From the IMG/VR virus record IMGVR_UViG_3300013382_000004: a stretch of 64,000 nucleotides of DNA; one strand, 5' to 3'. A model generated the notes under the pieces. That model had not been told where the DNA came from and did no database searches. It saw only the letters and a list, made by a program, of their open reading frames with translations. The DNA is from a virus (lineage: Duplodnaviria > Caudoviricetes). This document shows, piece after piece, positions 40,107 to 52,363 of this stretch. Made by a program: the position numbers and the translations under genes. How positions within the stretch are numbered: the stretch's first letter is position 1; the number at the start of each line of letters is the position of its first letter.

Positions 40107-40553
40107 TTACTTCATCTTAGCGAGAATATTATCAACCTTTTCGTTAAACTCTTTTGCTAATTTCTCTTTATCAGTATCAGGTCTTGTTTGTCCCTCAACA
40201 GGAATTAAATCTCCTGCCCAAAACAGCCACTTAGGATTAGTTTCATCTTCTTTAAGCTGGACAAAACTATTATAATCAGGAGCTTGCTTTTCTTTTTTTA
40301 ATGGGTCAAATTCAATCGTAAAAACATCATCTTTATGTTCAGTAACCCAATCTCTATAATCTTTCCTTAATTGCTTCCAATCAGGATAAGAAACAATTCG
40401 ATTATAATCTAAAGTTACCTTTTCACCTTCCCATGTAGTAACAGGATTAGTGGTGATAGCATCCATCCTTTTAACAAAAGTAGTAGCACTTTCTCTTGTT
40501 AAACCCTTTTTAGTGAGCTTCTTTACAGCCGCTCTACGTTCTTCTCGATTCAT
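40107..40553 (-). CDS. Hypothetical protein
   Basis: MNREERR start, AGGAG RBS, promoter upstream. Confidence 0.6.
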   Translation of the reverse strand: MNREERRAAVKKLTKKGLTRESATTFVKRMDAITTNPVTTWEGEKVTLDYNRIVSYPDWKQLRKDYRDWVTEHKDDVFTIEFDPLKKEKQAPDYNSFVQLKEDETNPKWLFWAGDLIPVEGQTRPDTDKEKLAKEFNEKVDNILAKMK

Positions 40554-40619
40554 AGTTACTCCTTTGAATCATCTATATAATAACAGAAACTAATGAAGTT
40601 GTCAAGAGGATAATAAAAA

Positions 40620-43085
40620 TTATTCCTCTTGTACTTCATCTTTTTCTTTCCAATCTTTTAGTTGTCTTATTAAAGCTCTACGTTCTTCATCTTCTTTTCT
40701 GTGAAGAACATTATACTATTCTCTGAGCTACCTATATTCCTATTTCAAGAACTCAGGTAAGAATGTTCTTTTAGTTGAAACAAAATTTGTATCAATAGAA
40801 CGTCTCAAAGCCTTAGTTTGAGCTACAAGCACGCATAATTTCTTAGCTCTGGTTAACAAGGTGTAAATTTGTTGCTGACAAAGCATCATAGGAGGAGTGC
40901 TATAATCTATTACTCCAATAATTACAGGGCAACCAGAACCTTGATATTTATGAGTAGTACAAGCATAACCTAAAATCAAATGTTCTTTAACTTCTTTGTG
41001 CTTCAAAATGATTGGAACATCGCCTAAATCAAAATCCACAATTGCATTTTCATAATCAATACTTGTAACCACACCAGTCCATCCATTATACATGGCTGTT
41101 TGTGCTCCACTTGTATCATAAACTTTATAATTGTTCTTAATACACATAACTTTATCGCCTTCTTGAATCCAGAAAGACCTGTCATTTCCAGAAGCATCTC
41201 TCATCTTTTGGACATAAATTCTTGGACGAGATTCATTTAAATCAACAGGGTTAATTAATTTCTGAATATCAAGATTTAAATTATGGACACAAGCATCTCC
41301 ACGTTCTTTGACAGGAGAGATAATTTGAATCTTTTCAATATCTCCATTTACAAGAGGACTATTAAAATATTTCTCAAAATAAGCAATGGTATCTTTCCTA
41401 TCATTATCTTTTTCATTTCGAATATCAAGCACCATGTCTTGAAGTTCTCCACGAGTTTCGATACCCTCATAATCAGTATCTTGATATAACTGAATACCGT
41501 TTCTTACATTGTAAGCTGTAGTTAAAATGCCCGAAGCCTTTGCTTGTCTATGAACTTCTTTTAATTCAACAGTAGGAATTTCTTTGCTGTTAATCATATC
41601 AGCAGCTAAATTGAGAGAACCAATAGATTCAAGCTGTCCCATGTCACCAAGCATTAAAAGTTTACTTCCTGTGGGAATAGCTTTAATTAAATCAAGAAAA
41701 ATTTCTCCGCCTACCATGCTAACTTCATCCAAAATAATGATATCATAAGGTAATGGATTATCTTCTCCATAAGTAAAACCACAGCCGCCAGTATAACCAA
41801 GAAGTCTATGAATAGTAAATCCTTCTTTACCAGTAACCTCTTGTAATCTTGCCGCCGCTTTACCACTTAAAGCACATTGAGCAAAAGTGTATTCATCAAG
41901 CACAGACAAAATACCTGTAACTAACGAACTTTTACCAGAACCAGCTAAACCAGAAATTACACAAACTTGCTTTTCAATTCCCAACTTAATACCATCAATC
42001 TGCTCTTGGGTAAATTGGAATCCTTGCTTTGCTTCTGCTTTTTTAATCTTTTCATCAAAATCATTAGCAACAAAATAATTATTACCTTGAAGCAATCTTT
42101 TAAGATGATAAGCAATATCTTTTTCAAGATTCCAAAAGCTCATTAAATAAACTCTTCGACCTGATTTGGTATCGCCTTCTTCAACACGAATTAAATCTTC
42201 ATCTTGAAGTTCTTTTATAGCTTTACCAACATTATTTACAGGATTGCCATCTTCATCTTCTACTGTTAAACTTTGTTTTCCACCAAGGTCTTCATATAAA
42301 GAACCCATTAGTTCGCCAGCAGATACCCAAGAATGGCCCTCTTCGCCTTGAGCATCAAGATACCAAAGAATATAAGATTTGATTCTTTTTATATCGTAAG
42401 TCTTATATCCACTTCTTAAAGCCACTTTATCAGCAGTAAAAAAACCTACCCCTTTAATATCTTTTACTAATTGATATGGATTATTCTTTACAACATCAAT
42501 TACTTTTTGCGGAGCTTTGTATTTTTCAATCAGTTTAGAAATAAAGTTTGGAGAGAAACCTACTTTATCAAGCTCTAAATACACAGTAGACATATCTTTA
42601 CTGGCTTCAAAACGCTCAATAATACAGTTGGAAATATAATCTCCAATACCTTTTGCTTTCTTTAAAGTTTCTACATCATGGTCAGCAATGGCTTGCAATG
42701 GGTCATCACATACTGCAAATAGTTCATCCATCTGCCCCTCTGACAAAAAAGTCCTTAAGAAAGCTCTTTGATTCTTCTGATTAGAGAAATCAATATCTTT
42801 GTTGTAATAAACTAATTGATACTGAACACCATATTTGGGATGTTCAACTTCCTTGCCTAACAACACATAGGCGGAATTGGGGTCAATTCCATCGGTATAT
42901 TCTCCTGTAAAAGTAACTTCACCATACAAGCTCATTGTAGGTGTACCTTGTTCTACTTCAAGAATATTCCAAGAAACTATTCCCCAATTTTTACCGTCTG
43001 ACCCAATTCCAGCACTCGGATAGAGGGTCTTAGAATGAGACGCTTTTATCTTTATAAATTTTTCTTCAATTAATTCAGAACTCAT
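40620..43085 (-). CDS. RecD2-like SF1B helicase (C-terminus extends through three TAG)
   Basis: GLAGSGKS, DEVSM, GD..QL, HRQ, THKYQGS, YTLLTRAK. Confidence 0.9.
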
Positions 43086-46000
43086 TTTCCTCCCTTTCTT
43101 TATCCGCTCTATCCGACATTAAAACTAAATCTCCATTATCTTCAATGCTTTTAATTAATTGAACAGAATGTTTATATAAACTATCTGAATACTTGCGGGG
43201 GACAAATTGAGTATCACGCCTATAACCAGTGATTAATAATTTATTCCCTCTGGAAAACCAAGACTTTTCAATAACAGTTTTTGTTCCGTCCTCGTTATCT
43301 TTTGATAATTGCCTATCATAGAAATTAAAAGCGCCTTTATAAAATTTTAAAGTTACTACCCCAGATGGAGTCAATAAATCAACAGTATTTTTATTTTTAT
43401 TTTTATCCAATACTGTTCCACAAATTCTACTTAATGCAAAACGACTTTTTTCTTGTCCTCTATACATATAAGTTTGAACAACTGGTCCATCAGGAGGTAA
43501 ATCTTCAAAATCAATTATGTTATATTTTTCTTTGTTAACTTTTATTAATTCATGAGGATGATAATAATAACACATAGAGTCCATTTCCCATTTAGAAAGA
43601 CTTCCTGTTGCTTTTTCATCCCATACAGTATTAAACTTTGCTTCATTTACAGCGGCTAACATCTTAGGGTCACTTAAAACAGCGTCCTTAAAATTCGCCA
43701 TTAACTTATTAAAAACTCTATCTAAACTACCTCTTTTAACAACTCTTTGGTTATCATCTCCCCAATTATAATCCTTTTCATCGCTCATGTCATTGAGGAA
43801 ATATTTTTCAAAAAAAGGCCAAGCGAATTTATTTTCAAGTACATAATAAGCAGTACTTGCGCTCTTTCCCATTTGTTTATAAAAGAATTTTTTTTGAAAA
43901 ACGTAATTTCTAAATCTGCATAATCTTAATTCAAATTTTTGCTGGTCTTCTGTTAATAAACCAAGATTATTTAAATCTTCAATATTTGATACGTTAAGAG
44001 ATTTAATTGGGCTAGAAATAACTCTAACAAAATCTTCCATAGTTTTTCTTCTATCTTTATTTTCAAGATTATCAAAACATCCTGCTTTAATAAGAGAAAT
44101 CATAGCTGTATCGCCAAATTTATTTTCTTTTGCAGAATCTTTAAATTCTTGCATTTTAGAATAGAAGTCTTCAACTGAAGTATAAGGTCTATTATCTACA
44201 ATTGCCTTAGCAATTTTCCCGCCCAAGCCTTGAATTGGTCTTAAACCATAAATAATTTCATTACTATTTTTATCGGGATAAAAACCAAAACGAGCGCGAT
44301 TAATATCAGGTAAAGAAATCTTAATACCAGCGTTAATCATATTACCCATCGCTTTTGCAATTCTACCATAATTAACGCCACTATTATTATCCACATTTTC
44401 TTCATCTGTACTCCCACTGTTAACAATTAAACAAGCACAATTCCAATATAATGCTCCATATTTTTGTACAATGTTCATGCACTGAAGACAAATGGCTGTA
44501 TAGGGCATACAGTGGTTTTTTGAAAAAGAATATCCGAGCTGCCTTTTAATTTGCACATCCCAAACATAATTGAGCAATTCTTTTGAAGTTCCAAGCTCTG
44601 CGCCTTTTTTATAAAATTTTTCATGAACAGCGGCAATCAAATCTTTCTTTTTTTTGGCCACCGATTTTCGAAGCTTATTCGCAAGAACTACATCAAACCC
44701 ACTTATTTCAGGGTCCATACTCATTTCCATAATGCTTTCCTGAGTATCAGCAACTCCATAGAGTTTGCCCAAATGTTTTTTCATAATCTCTTGCTCATGG
44801 TCGGATAATTTGTTTTCTTTCATTTCGTCATACCATAATTGGATATTATTTTTATAACGACGATAAGTATCCATAGGAGCTTCTGTTGCTCCATCTTGTG
44901 CCATGAGCCTCATCAAACTGTTAGCTGTAGAAAGTTCTAACATAGAACGAGGCTGGGTTTTTGTAATAACTTGTTGTCCCATTGCGCTATCAAATTGAAA
45001 TGCATCTAAAATTTGGTTTTTATCTAACAAATTCCACATTTCATAATTATTGTAATCAAGCACGTCAGGATGAAGATAAGTGTCATAATTAGCTTTATAA
45101 CTTCCTTTATCTTCAATTATTTTTGCATCAATAAGTAAATCTATTGCCGTATGTAGCTTATCGAGCATTTCAATCGTTAAGGTCCTTTATACCGTTGGTT
45201 TCCCAATACTTTAACACCTAAAAGGTCGGAGTAGACTATACAATCACTTTCGTGTCTCAATTATAGTCGTTGAACGTCCCTGTATGTTTCAACAGGTTTC
45301 GCTGCGTTTGATTGTCCAATCCTTAATGATTTTACCATACCGAAGCCGTTACTCTTCGCCATTTATTTATCACTAAATAAACTTGGTTATTAAGGCTCTT
45401 AGGAGTTCCCCGCAATTTATGAGATTTATAGTGGACTGGTTTATTTTTCATCATTTCGTTTTTCTTCACATTTCACAGAATAAATTTCTGTGGATTTATT
45501 AAAATCTCTACATATTTTCGACATACTATCTCCACGCTAATATGCTTCAACAACTTTTACTTTTTCTTCTTCAGACATTAACCACATAATTCCCCCTTTT
45601 CTTTAAAAATCAAAAATTAAATAAAACGAAAAATAATAAGTTAATCCACTTTCAAGCCGCCCATATAATCAGAATCTTCCATATTATAGGCGGTAATAGT
45701 CGTACCATTCGGTGCTCTCATTTTACTGTTTTGAACAATATATCCCGCATCAAAAATATAAGATGCCGAAGCATGAATAGACCTACCACAAATAAGTCCT
45801 TCAATCTTAAAAAGAGTATCTTTCAACCCCTCATATTTATTTACTTCATTAATAAATTCTTTTACAGGTATTCTACCATTTTCTTCATTCCCGTAAAAAC
45901 AATCTTTTAATGACCAGTTTGACCCTCTTTCAAAAGGAACTAAATCTGCCAAATGTTGAGCGTCATCGTTATTTATGCCAAATCCTTTAGCGCACACCAA

Positions 46001-48997
46001 GATAGTTGATTTTGTCCCTTCTGTTTTTAAAGTAAGAGTATTTAAAACATTCTCATCTCCATAATAATCATGCATATTTTGGAAAATAAGAGGACGTTTT
46101 AAAGCCTCTGAGTCGAGGTCGATGTCGGGCAACTCGGGTCTTAAAGGAGAACTATGTCTCCAGAAAGGTAAGTCATATTTTAGAGGATTAATTTGTGTAA
46201 TCTCAGAAAGATAACAAATATAACTACCTCCTGCCGAGCCTCTGGCAACGCCGACAAAAGAGACTTTCCACATAACTTCATGCACCAATCCTCTAACAAG
46301 CACATAATATGCAGAAAGCTTTTGATTTAAACGCTCAGAAATTTGCCAAAAGCTACTAAACTCTTCATTAATTCGAGCAATTTTTTCTTCTTGAGTTACT
46401 ACTTTATCATGCTCTTCTATAATTTTGCCGTTTTCATCATAAGTGGCAAAATGATAAGAAGATTCTCCCCATTGTTTCTTCTTCTCAAAACCTTGTTCAA
46501 CTAAATATAAAAGATATTGGTCTTGTTTATCAGTTGAGTCCGCATACTTTTTTAAGTATTCATACTTATCGTACCAATCTTTAAAAATATGCTTCACCTT
46601 AAATTCTGGAATTTTCTTATCTGTGGGAACAATGGTCGAATGATATAAATCAAAAACTTCAATATTATTATAAATATCTTGTGTATTAGTTAAAGCCTCT
46701 TGTATTTGTTCTACTGTCAAATGATAAGATAAAGTTTTTATCAATTCATCTACCGCAAACATATAAGTAGTTTCATAAAAACTTGCGACTTCTCTATTTC
46801 GAGACTTTTCATTATCATCAGCTTTTAAATAAGCTTCATGGATTTTTGCATCATTTTTCGTCAAATAGTGACTGTCAGTCGAGCAAATTACTTTTAATCC
46901 ATAAGCATTACTTAAGATAAACATAAATTGATTTACCATTGCTTGCTCATGTGGTAAATTATTTCCATCTTTATCTTGTTTAATTACACAAGGCTGAATT
47001 TCTAAATAGAAGTTTTCTTTTCCAAATATTTTTATACACCATTTAATAAATGCGTCAATTTTTTGTTTTACACTTTTATCATTTGTGTTTAAATATTCAA
47101 GAATTAAGTTGTCTAATTCTGAACCAAGACAATTATGCACTATAACATTATTACAAACAAAAGAATGAGATTCATTATTTAAACAATATACAGTTTCATT
47201 TATATTTATTTTTTTTATAGAATGGATATACATCTTTTTATACCAGATATTGTCAATATTAATAAATCTCTTCTTATCAATAGCAGTTAACAATAAAGTA
47301 TTTACATCTTCATGAGAGTAAAAATGCATTTTTTCAATTCCCCGCATTATTTTCCCACTCCCGCGCAAATAATAAGATTCACAATGATGAGTTCCTTTAC
47401 TATCTACCCTTTCAGGAGCAATTGCAATATTACAAGGAATTAATAAACTTGTCGCTAACTCAAACATATCTTGAGTTAATTGTTTTGATACCGAAGCACT
47501 TACCCATTCGCCAACTTCAGGAAAATCTTTTAATCCTTTTGAATGGTTAACATTAATTTTTTTAGCTTTTCGCAATCTAAAATATCCATCCGCTAATAAA
47601 TAACCAAATAATAGTTCCCTATCATATTCTGGCGAAATATTTTTTATTCTATTTGGAATTTTTTTATTATATGCATTACACTCACCAAAAATATAATACA
47701 TAAAATTATAAAAATCGCTTGATTGAGAACTTATGTCATATTTATGTTGGTCTTTTCTATAATTAATTGACCATTTAATATTCAAACTTTTTTCTAAAGT
47801 TTTTACAAATGAATAATAATAATCAAATTCTTTTTCATTAAAAGTTATTCCAACTCGATGAACTTTTGCTGATAGTTTATTAATCCAGCCATCCCCAAGA
47901 AACAGACCAAAGAAACGCATCATTTCTGGTGTAATAACTATATTTTCAGGTAAAATAGTTACACGATGAGACATTTTTGTTTTTTTTAATGCTATATTAT
48001 CCCATTCTTCTTTTTTAATATTTTTTTTATTTTGGGAATATTGTTTAGACACGGGAAGTAATAATTGATGTTTTGAACTTCCATAATTTACATCTAAATT
48101 TTTCGCCTCAACCCAATCTAAATCATCTATAGATAAATTATTAGAATAATATTGGACTTTATTATTAGTTATTGTTAAAAATTTATGCGATTCAGTACAA
48201 ACTATATTATCCCCAACACCTGTTAATTCAATTTCAAATCCATTACCTTTATATAAACGATGCGTGGGAAAATTGACTTTCTCAAATTGTCCGTACTTAT
48301 TTAACACATAATCTTCATCTGTAATAGATTCTATTGCTTTTTGTCCATTTATAGTAGTTACTAAGGCCCCTTGCCTAAAACAAGCAGATTGCGCTATAAT
48401 GTGCCCTTTTTCATTCCCAATAATGGATTCAAGTTCATCTTTATAAGTCGGAACTCTTTCCATTATTCCAGAACGATACCAATTTTTCCAAGCACTATCA
48501 GAAGAAATTCTTTTTATTTGTTCATAACCCTTTTTATCTTTTGCAATTAAAATAAAGTGAAAAAACTTACTAATTTTTTCATCTACATCAGGTCTATCTA
48601 CTAAATAAATTTCATTCCCCAAACCAATTTTAAAACTTTCGAAATTTTCATAATATTTCAAATTTTTTTTAATTGATTTATTTTCATCTTTATTTAATTC
48701 TAATTCAATTTCTTCTTCTGTTTTGTCCGCTTTTAATTTGTCATACTTTTCTTTGTTTTCCTCAATTTCTTTGTATCGCCTAATAAATCGTACATGAGCA
48801 GATAAAGCTTCATGGTCTGTACAACACACTCCATTATATCCCAATTCAATAGCACGATTAATAAGGTCGGGTATTTTTATTATACAATCTCGCAATCTGA
48901 AATTGCTTACTTCTGTATGGTTATGCGTAGAAAAGAATTTTAATTCTTTTGCTATTTTTGATGCCTATTCATCTGTAATAGGCTTATAAAAAACCAT
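43075..48997 (-). CDS. dnaE: DNA polymerase III alpha subunit; join(48997..45644,45183..43075); intein-containing
   Basis: PHP HNHT/TDH, RGSAGGS, PDIDLD, HAS, KVD|TL, YSFSKNH; one TAG near start. Confidence 0.9.
45184..45643 (-). mobile_element. Group I intron in dnaE
   Basis: 5' splice after U (GAT), ends in G, TTCAACGACTA / ATAGTCT P7-like motifs; removal restores KVDTLTIEMLD. Confidence 0.8.
47132..48382 (-). mobile_element. Intein with LAGLIDADG endonuclease in DnaE PHP domain
   Basis: SA|CFRQGALV...VIVHN|CLGSE; GLFLGDG and GYLLADG blocks; 417 aa. Confidence 0.9.
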
Positions 48998-49115
48998 AAC
49001 ACACCCGCTTTCTTTTTATTTACTTTATATGAGATAGTCCTTGATGGAAATTAATCCATCAAGGTTTCTTGTCTCATTATATCATGTCACATTTAATTTG
49101 TCAATCTTAAAAATC

Positions 49116-51155
49116 TTAAAAATCTAAATCTTCTAAATCCTTATCTAACATTACTCTTCTCTTTTTAGGTTTCTCAACTTCGCCCCAATCAAAATCTGTA
49201 GTAGACTTTGCATTCAACGATGTAGTTTTAGCATTAAGAGTAGCATCAGATTTGGTCTTACTTTTTAAATCAGGAGTCTCATTTGTCTTATCCTCCACAA
49301 CATCATAATATAGAATTTTAACTTCTGGATAAACTTTGTCTTCCCAAGGTTCTAGCTGAAACTGGCAGATTAAATTCATAACCAAATTCTTTTTGTTAGC
49401 ACCAAAGGTATGTCTATCCTTAAGAGTCATTGTATCAAATTCTGTAGCTGGGCAATACTTTTTAATATAAGTAACACCGTTATGCTGGAATCTGATAAAG
49501 CTCTTAGTTTCGCCATAACCATTAATCTGACTAGCGTTTATATGAAGATTTGTAATTGCAAAAGTAGGAGCAGGAACAGTATTACCCCAAATCTCGTAAT
49601 TCTCAGCAACTTCTTTTACAAATCTTACTTGCATTTCATTAGCAGGAATTTCCCAATCAACTTGATAAACAGTTTTCAGTTGGTCAAGAGGGAGCATCTT
49701 ATTACATTTTGAAATAACAGCTTCAACATTATCTTTTTTCAAAGAAATACCTGCTGCATTTTCATGCCCCATTACAGATATCAAACCTGTTTTTTCTAAA
49801 AACTCTTTTAAATTTTTAATATTACCTCTATCATAACCACGACAAGAGCCACCGAACTCAGAACTCGATTTTTCTTTTAATAAAACAACTGGACGCAAAT
49901 ATTTTGAGGTTAATTTCCGCGCCACAAGGCCAGTTACGCTTTTTTTGTCCACGAGCCGTGTACAATCGACAAATAAAATGGTATTTTTATCTAGCCCTTG
50001 CTTATCAATTTTATCAACAATTTGTTCCATAAATTTACGAACAGCAGTATCTTGACGAGACTTTACATTATTAGCTACTCTCGCCATCTCCCATTGAAGG
50101 GTATGTTCTTCTGGAAGAGGTTTAGGGTCAGTAGCTCTTTTTCGTCTCGGCTGATAAATAACAGTTTCTTGCTCTCCAACCATAGCCCTAAACAAATCTC
50201 TTTGCTCTTTTTCAGTACCATAACGTACTACGCCATTAATTCTTGGAGCAAGCACCCAGCCAACATTTGTAATAGTTCTACCAAAGTGAATTTCATCAGC
50301 CATTCTCTCTTGAAGTTCATTAAGAAAATCATTCTTTTGATTTTCAATTTTCAGACCTTCAAGTACATACCATCTTGTTTCTAAATCCCTTAAGTCCATA
50401 CTATCTGCAATGATACCAAGAGAAACCAAATCAAGATAATCATCAAGCCAACTATCACTACAGTGATACTTTTCACAATAAGCTTCACCAAATTTACGAA
50501 CTACACCAACACCAGACAAAGTAGGATTAGGATAATGTCCATCAGTATCATTTACAGCTACACAATAGTTAACATAGCTATCCTCTTTAATTCTGTCAGA
50601 CTCTTTTTCTTTAATTTCATCCGCTTCGTTCTTTGAAATCCATTTACCTGTGTTAGTATCTAAATATTCAATTTCAACTAAATGATGGTCTAACACAATG
50701 ATAGGACAATTGTAATTTTTAACAATTTGAATTGCATCTTTGCAAATCATTGAAGCATCTGGAATAATAATTAAACCGATTTCATCTTTTGAATATTCAC
50801 TTAATGCTTTATAGGTTAATCCATGCTCTTTGTTAAAACTAAAAATATATTCTATCTTTGCCTCTGGATTGAAATGTTCAATGATTTTACTCATTAAAAC
50901 ACTACTTGTTAAACCATCTGTATCTGGGTCCACTTTAATTGCAATTTTCTTTTTAGTGTTAACATTATCATGGAAAATCTATACAGCTTTATCCATGTTC
51001 TTCATCTGAAAAGGGTCATTAACGACCTTGTTCTTTACAGGATGAAGAAAACTTTTTACATCCTAAATGCCGTAGCTATTTAAAATTGCTTCAAGAAAAT
51101 CATATTCATCATCAAAGTTGTTCTAAAACTTTGTCTCCCATAGTAATTTTTCCAT
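49116..51155 (-). CDS. RecJ-like DHH exonuclease (TAG=Gln, two CGG)
   Basis: DPDTDG, DHH, LSGVGV, GLVA(CGG)KL, GSCRG, GHENAAG. Confidence 0.85.
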
Positions 51156-52357
51156 TAATTACCTCTTAAAAATATACTCGTAGAACTTTGCCTTTCCCCG
51201 TAAGAATAAACAGGTTTCGCCATTTTTATTAATTGATTGTAAACATCCTTACCTTTATCAAAAGGTGAATCTTTGATGTCTAATAATCCTTTTGTGTCCT
51301 TAATAAGAAAGACATTAAAGCTTAAAGCAAGTCTCTGAGCTAAAGTCCTTAATCGTTCATTGTATCTTAAATAGTTGTCATATAACAATTTGTCAGCTTT
51401 ATAAACTTCTTCATATTTATCATCAAAATCTTTATCAAATCCCAAGTAAACTGTGTCTACTCCAAGTTTTTCTAAAGCTCTAATTTGCCAATCTGAAACA
51501 TTAAAGCCACAAGTTGCCACTACGCAACTTCTACCCTTAAAATAAGTGTCTGCTTTCAGGACACTTTTTTCTCCCTCAACTATAATCGCTTTCTTAAATC
51601 TCTTTATATTTTCTTTATTTTCATAAAGTCCATACAAATTTAATCCAAGAGGATGGTCAAATTCTTTACCACTCATAAATAATGGCATATATTTTCTTTT
51701 AGAATCTTCTGGTTGCAAACTTCTTCGTCTAATACCAACCAAATGGCCATCTATATTATAATGGGGAATAATTATATATTTCTGGTATTCATACCATTCA
51801 ATACCAAATTTTTCCATAGAGGGAATACTAATTCCCTCATCAATCCAACCTTTATAAAAAGTATTGCGGTCAAAGTAATTAAAGAGACATTTATAATCAT
51901 CATAAAACTTAGTAATTTTAGCTTCATGGAATTGTTGTCTTCTTTCAATATCTTCTGACTGTTTTATCATATCAGATAATTGTCCACGCAATTCTGGTGA
52001 AGTATCATTCCCAAAACCAACACGACTTCGAGATAATGATTTACCAACCTTTTTTGCAATATAAACAATTACCTTACTATAAAACTCTCCATCTTTAGCA
52101 TTACGAATTCTTTTAATAAATTCAAAAAAATTCATTCGACCACAATTCGTATAGCAGAAAAAGTCCTTGCTCTCAGTAAAAAAGCATAACTTATGACTGT
52201 CTCCACCATGACAAATTGTTTTAAACCAAAGACATTTTTGCTGAGTTCTTCCATCTGTAGAAGTTGAGTATAAAGGAGAACCATTTTCTTCCATGATGTT
52301 AATAACTACATCTTCTGTTACCAACTTCAACAGTTCATCTTTATCTATCATAATCAA
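51155..52357 (-). CDS. DNA primase (Zn finger + Toprim)
   Basis: CH..CYTNC, VEGEKS, GFDKD. Confidence 0.8.
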   Translation of the reverse strand: MIMIDKDELLKLVTEDVVINIMEENGSPLYSTSTDGRTQQKCLWFKTICHGGDSHKLCFFTESKDFFCYTNCGRMNFFEFIKRIRNAKDGEFYSKVIVYIAKKVGKSLSRSRVGFGNDTSPELRGQLSDMIKQSEDIERRQQFHEAKITKFYDDYKCLFNYFDRNTFYKGWIDEGISIPSMEKFGIEWYEYQKYIIIPHYNIDGHLVGIRRRSLQPEDSKRKYMPLFMSGKEFDHPLGLNLYGLYENKENIKRFKKAIIVEGEKSVLKADTYFKGRSCVVATCGFNVSDWQIRALEKLGVDTVYLGFDKDFDDKYEEVYKADKLLYDNYLRYNERLRTLAQRLALSFNVFLIKDTKGLLDIKDSPFDKGKDVYNQLIKMAKPVYSYGERQSSTSIFLRGN

Positions 52358-52363
52358 CCTCTA

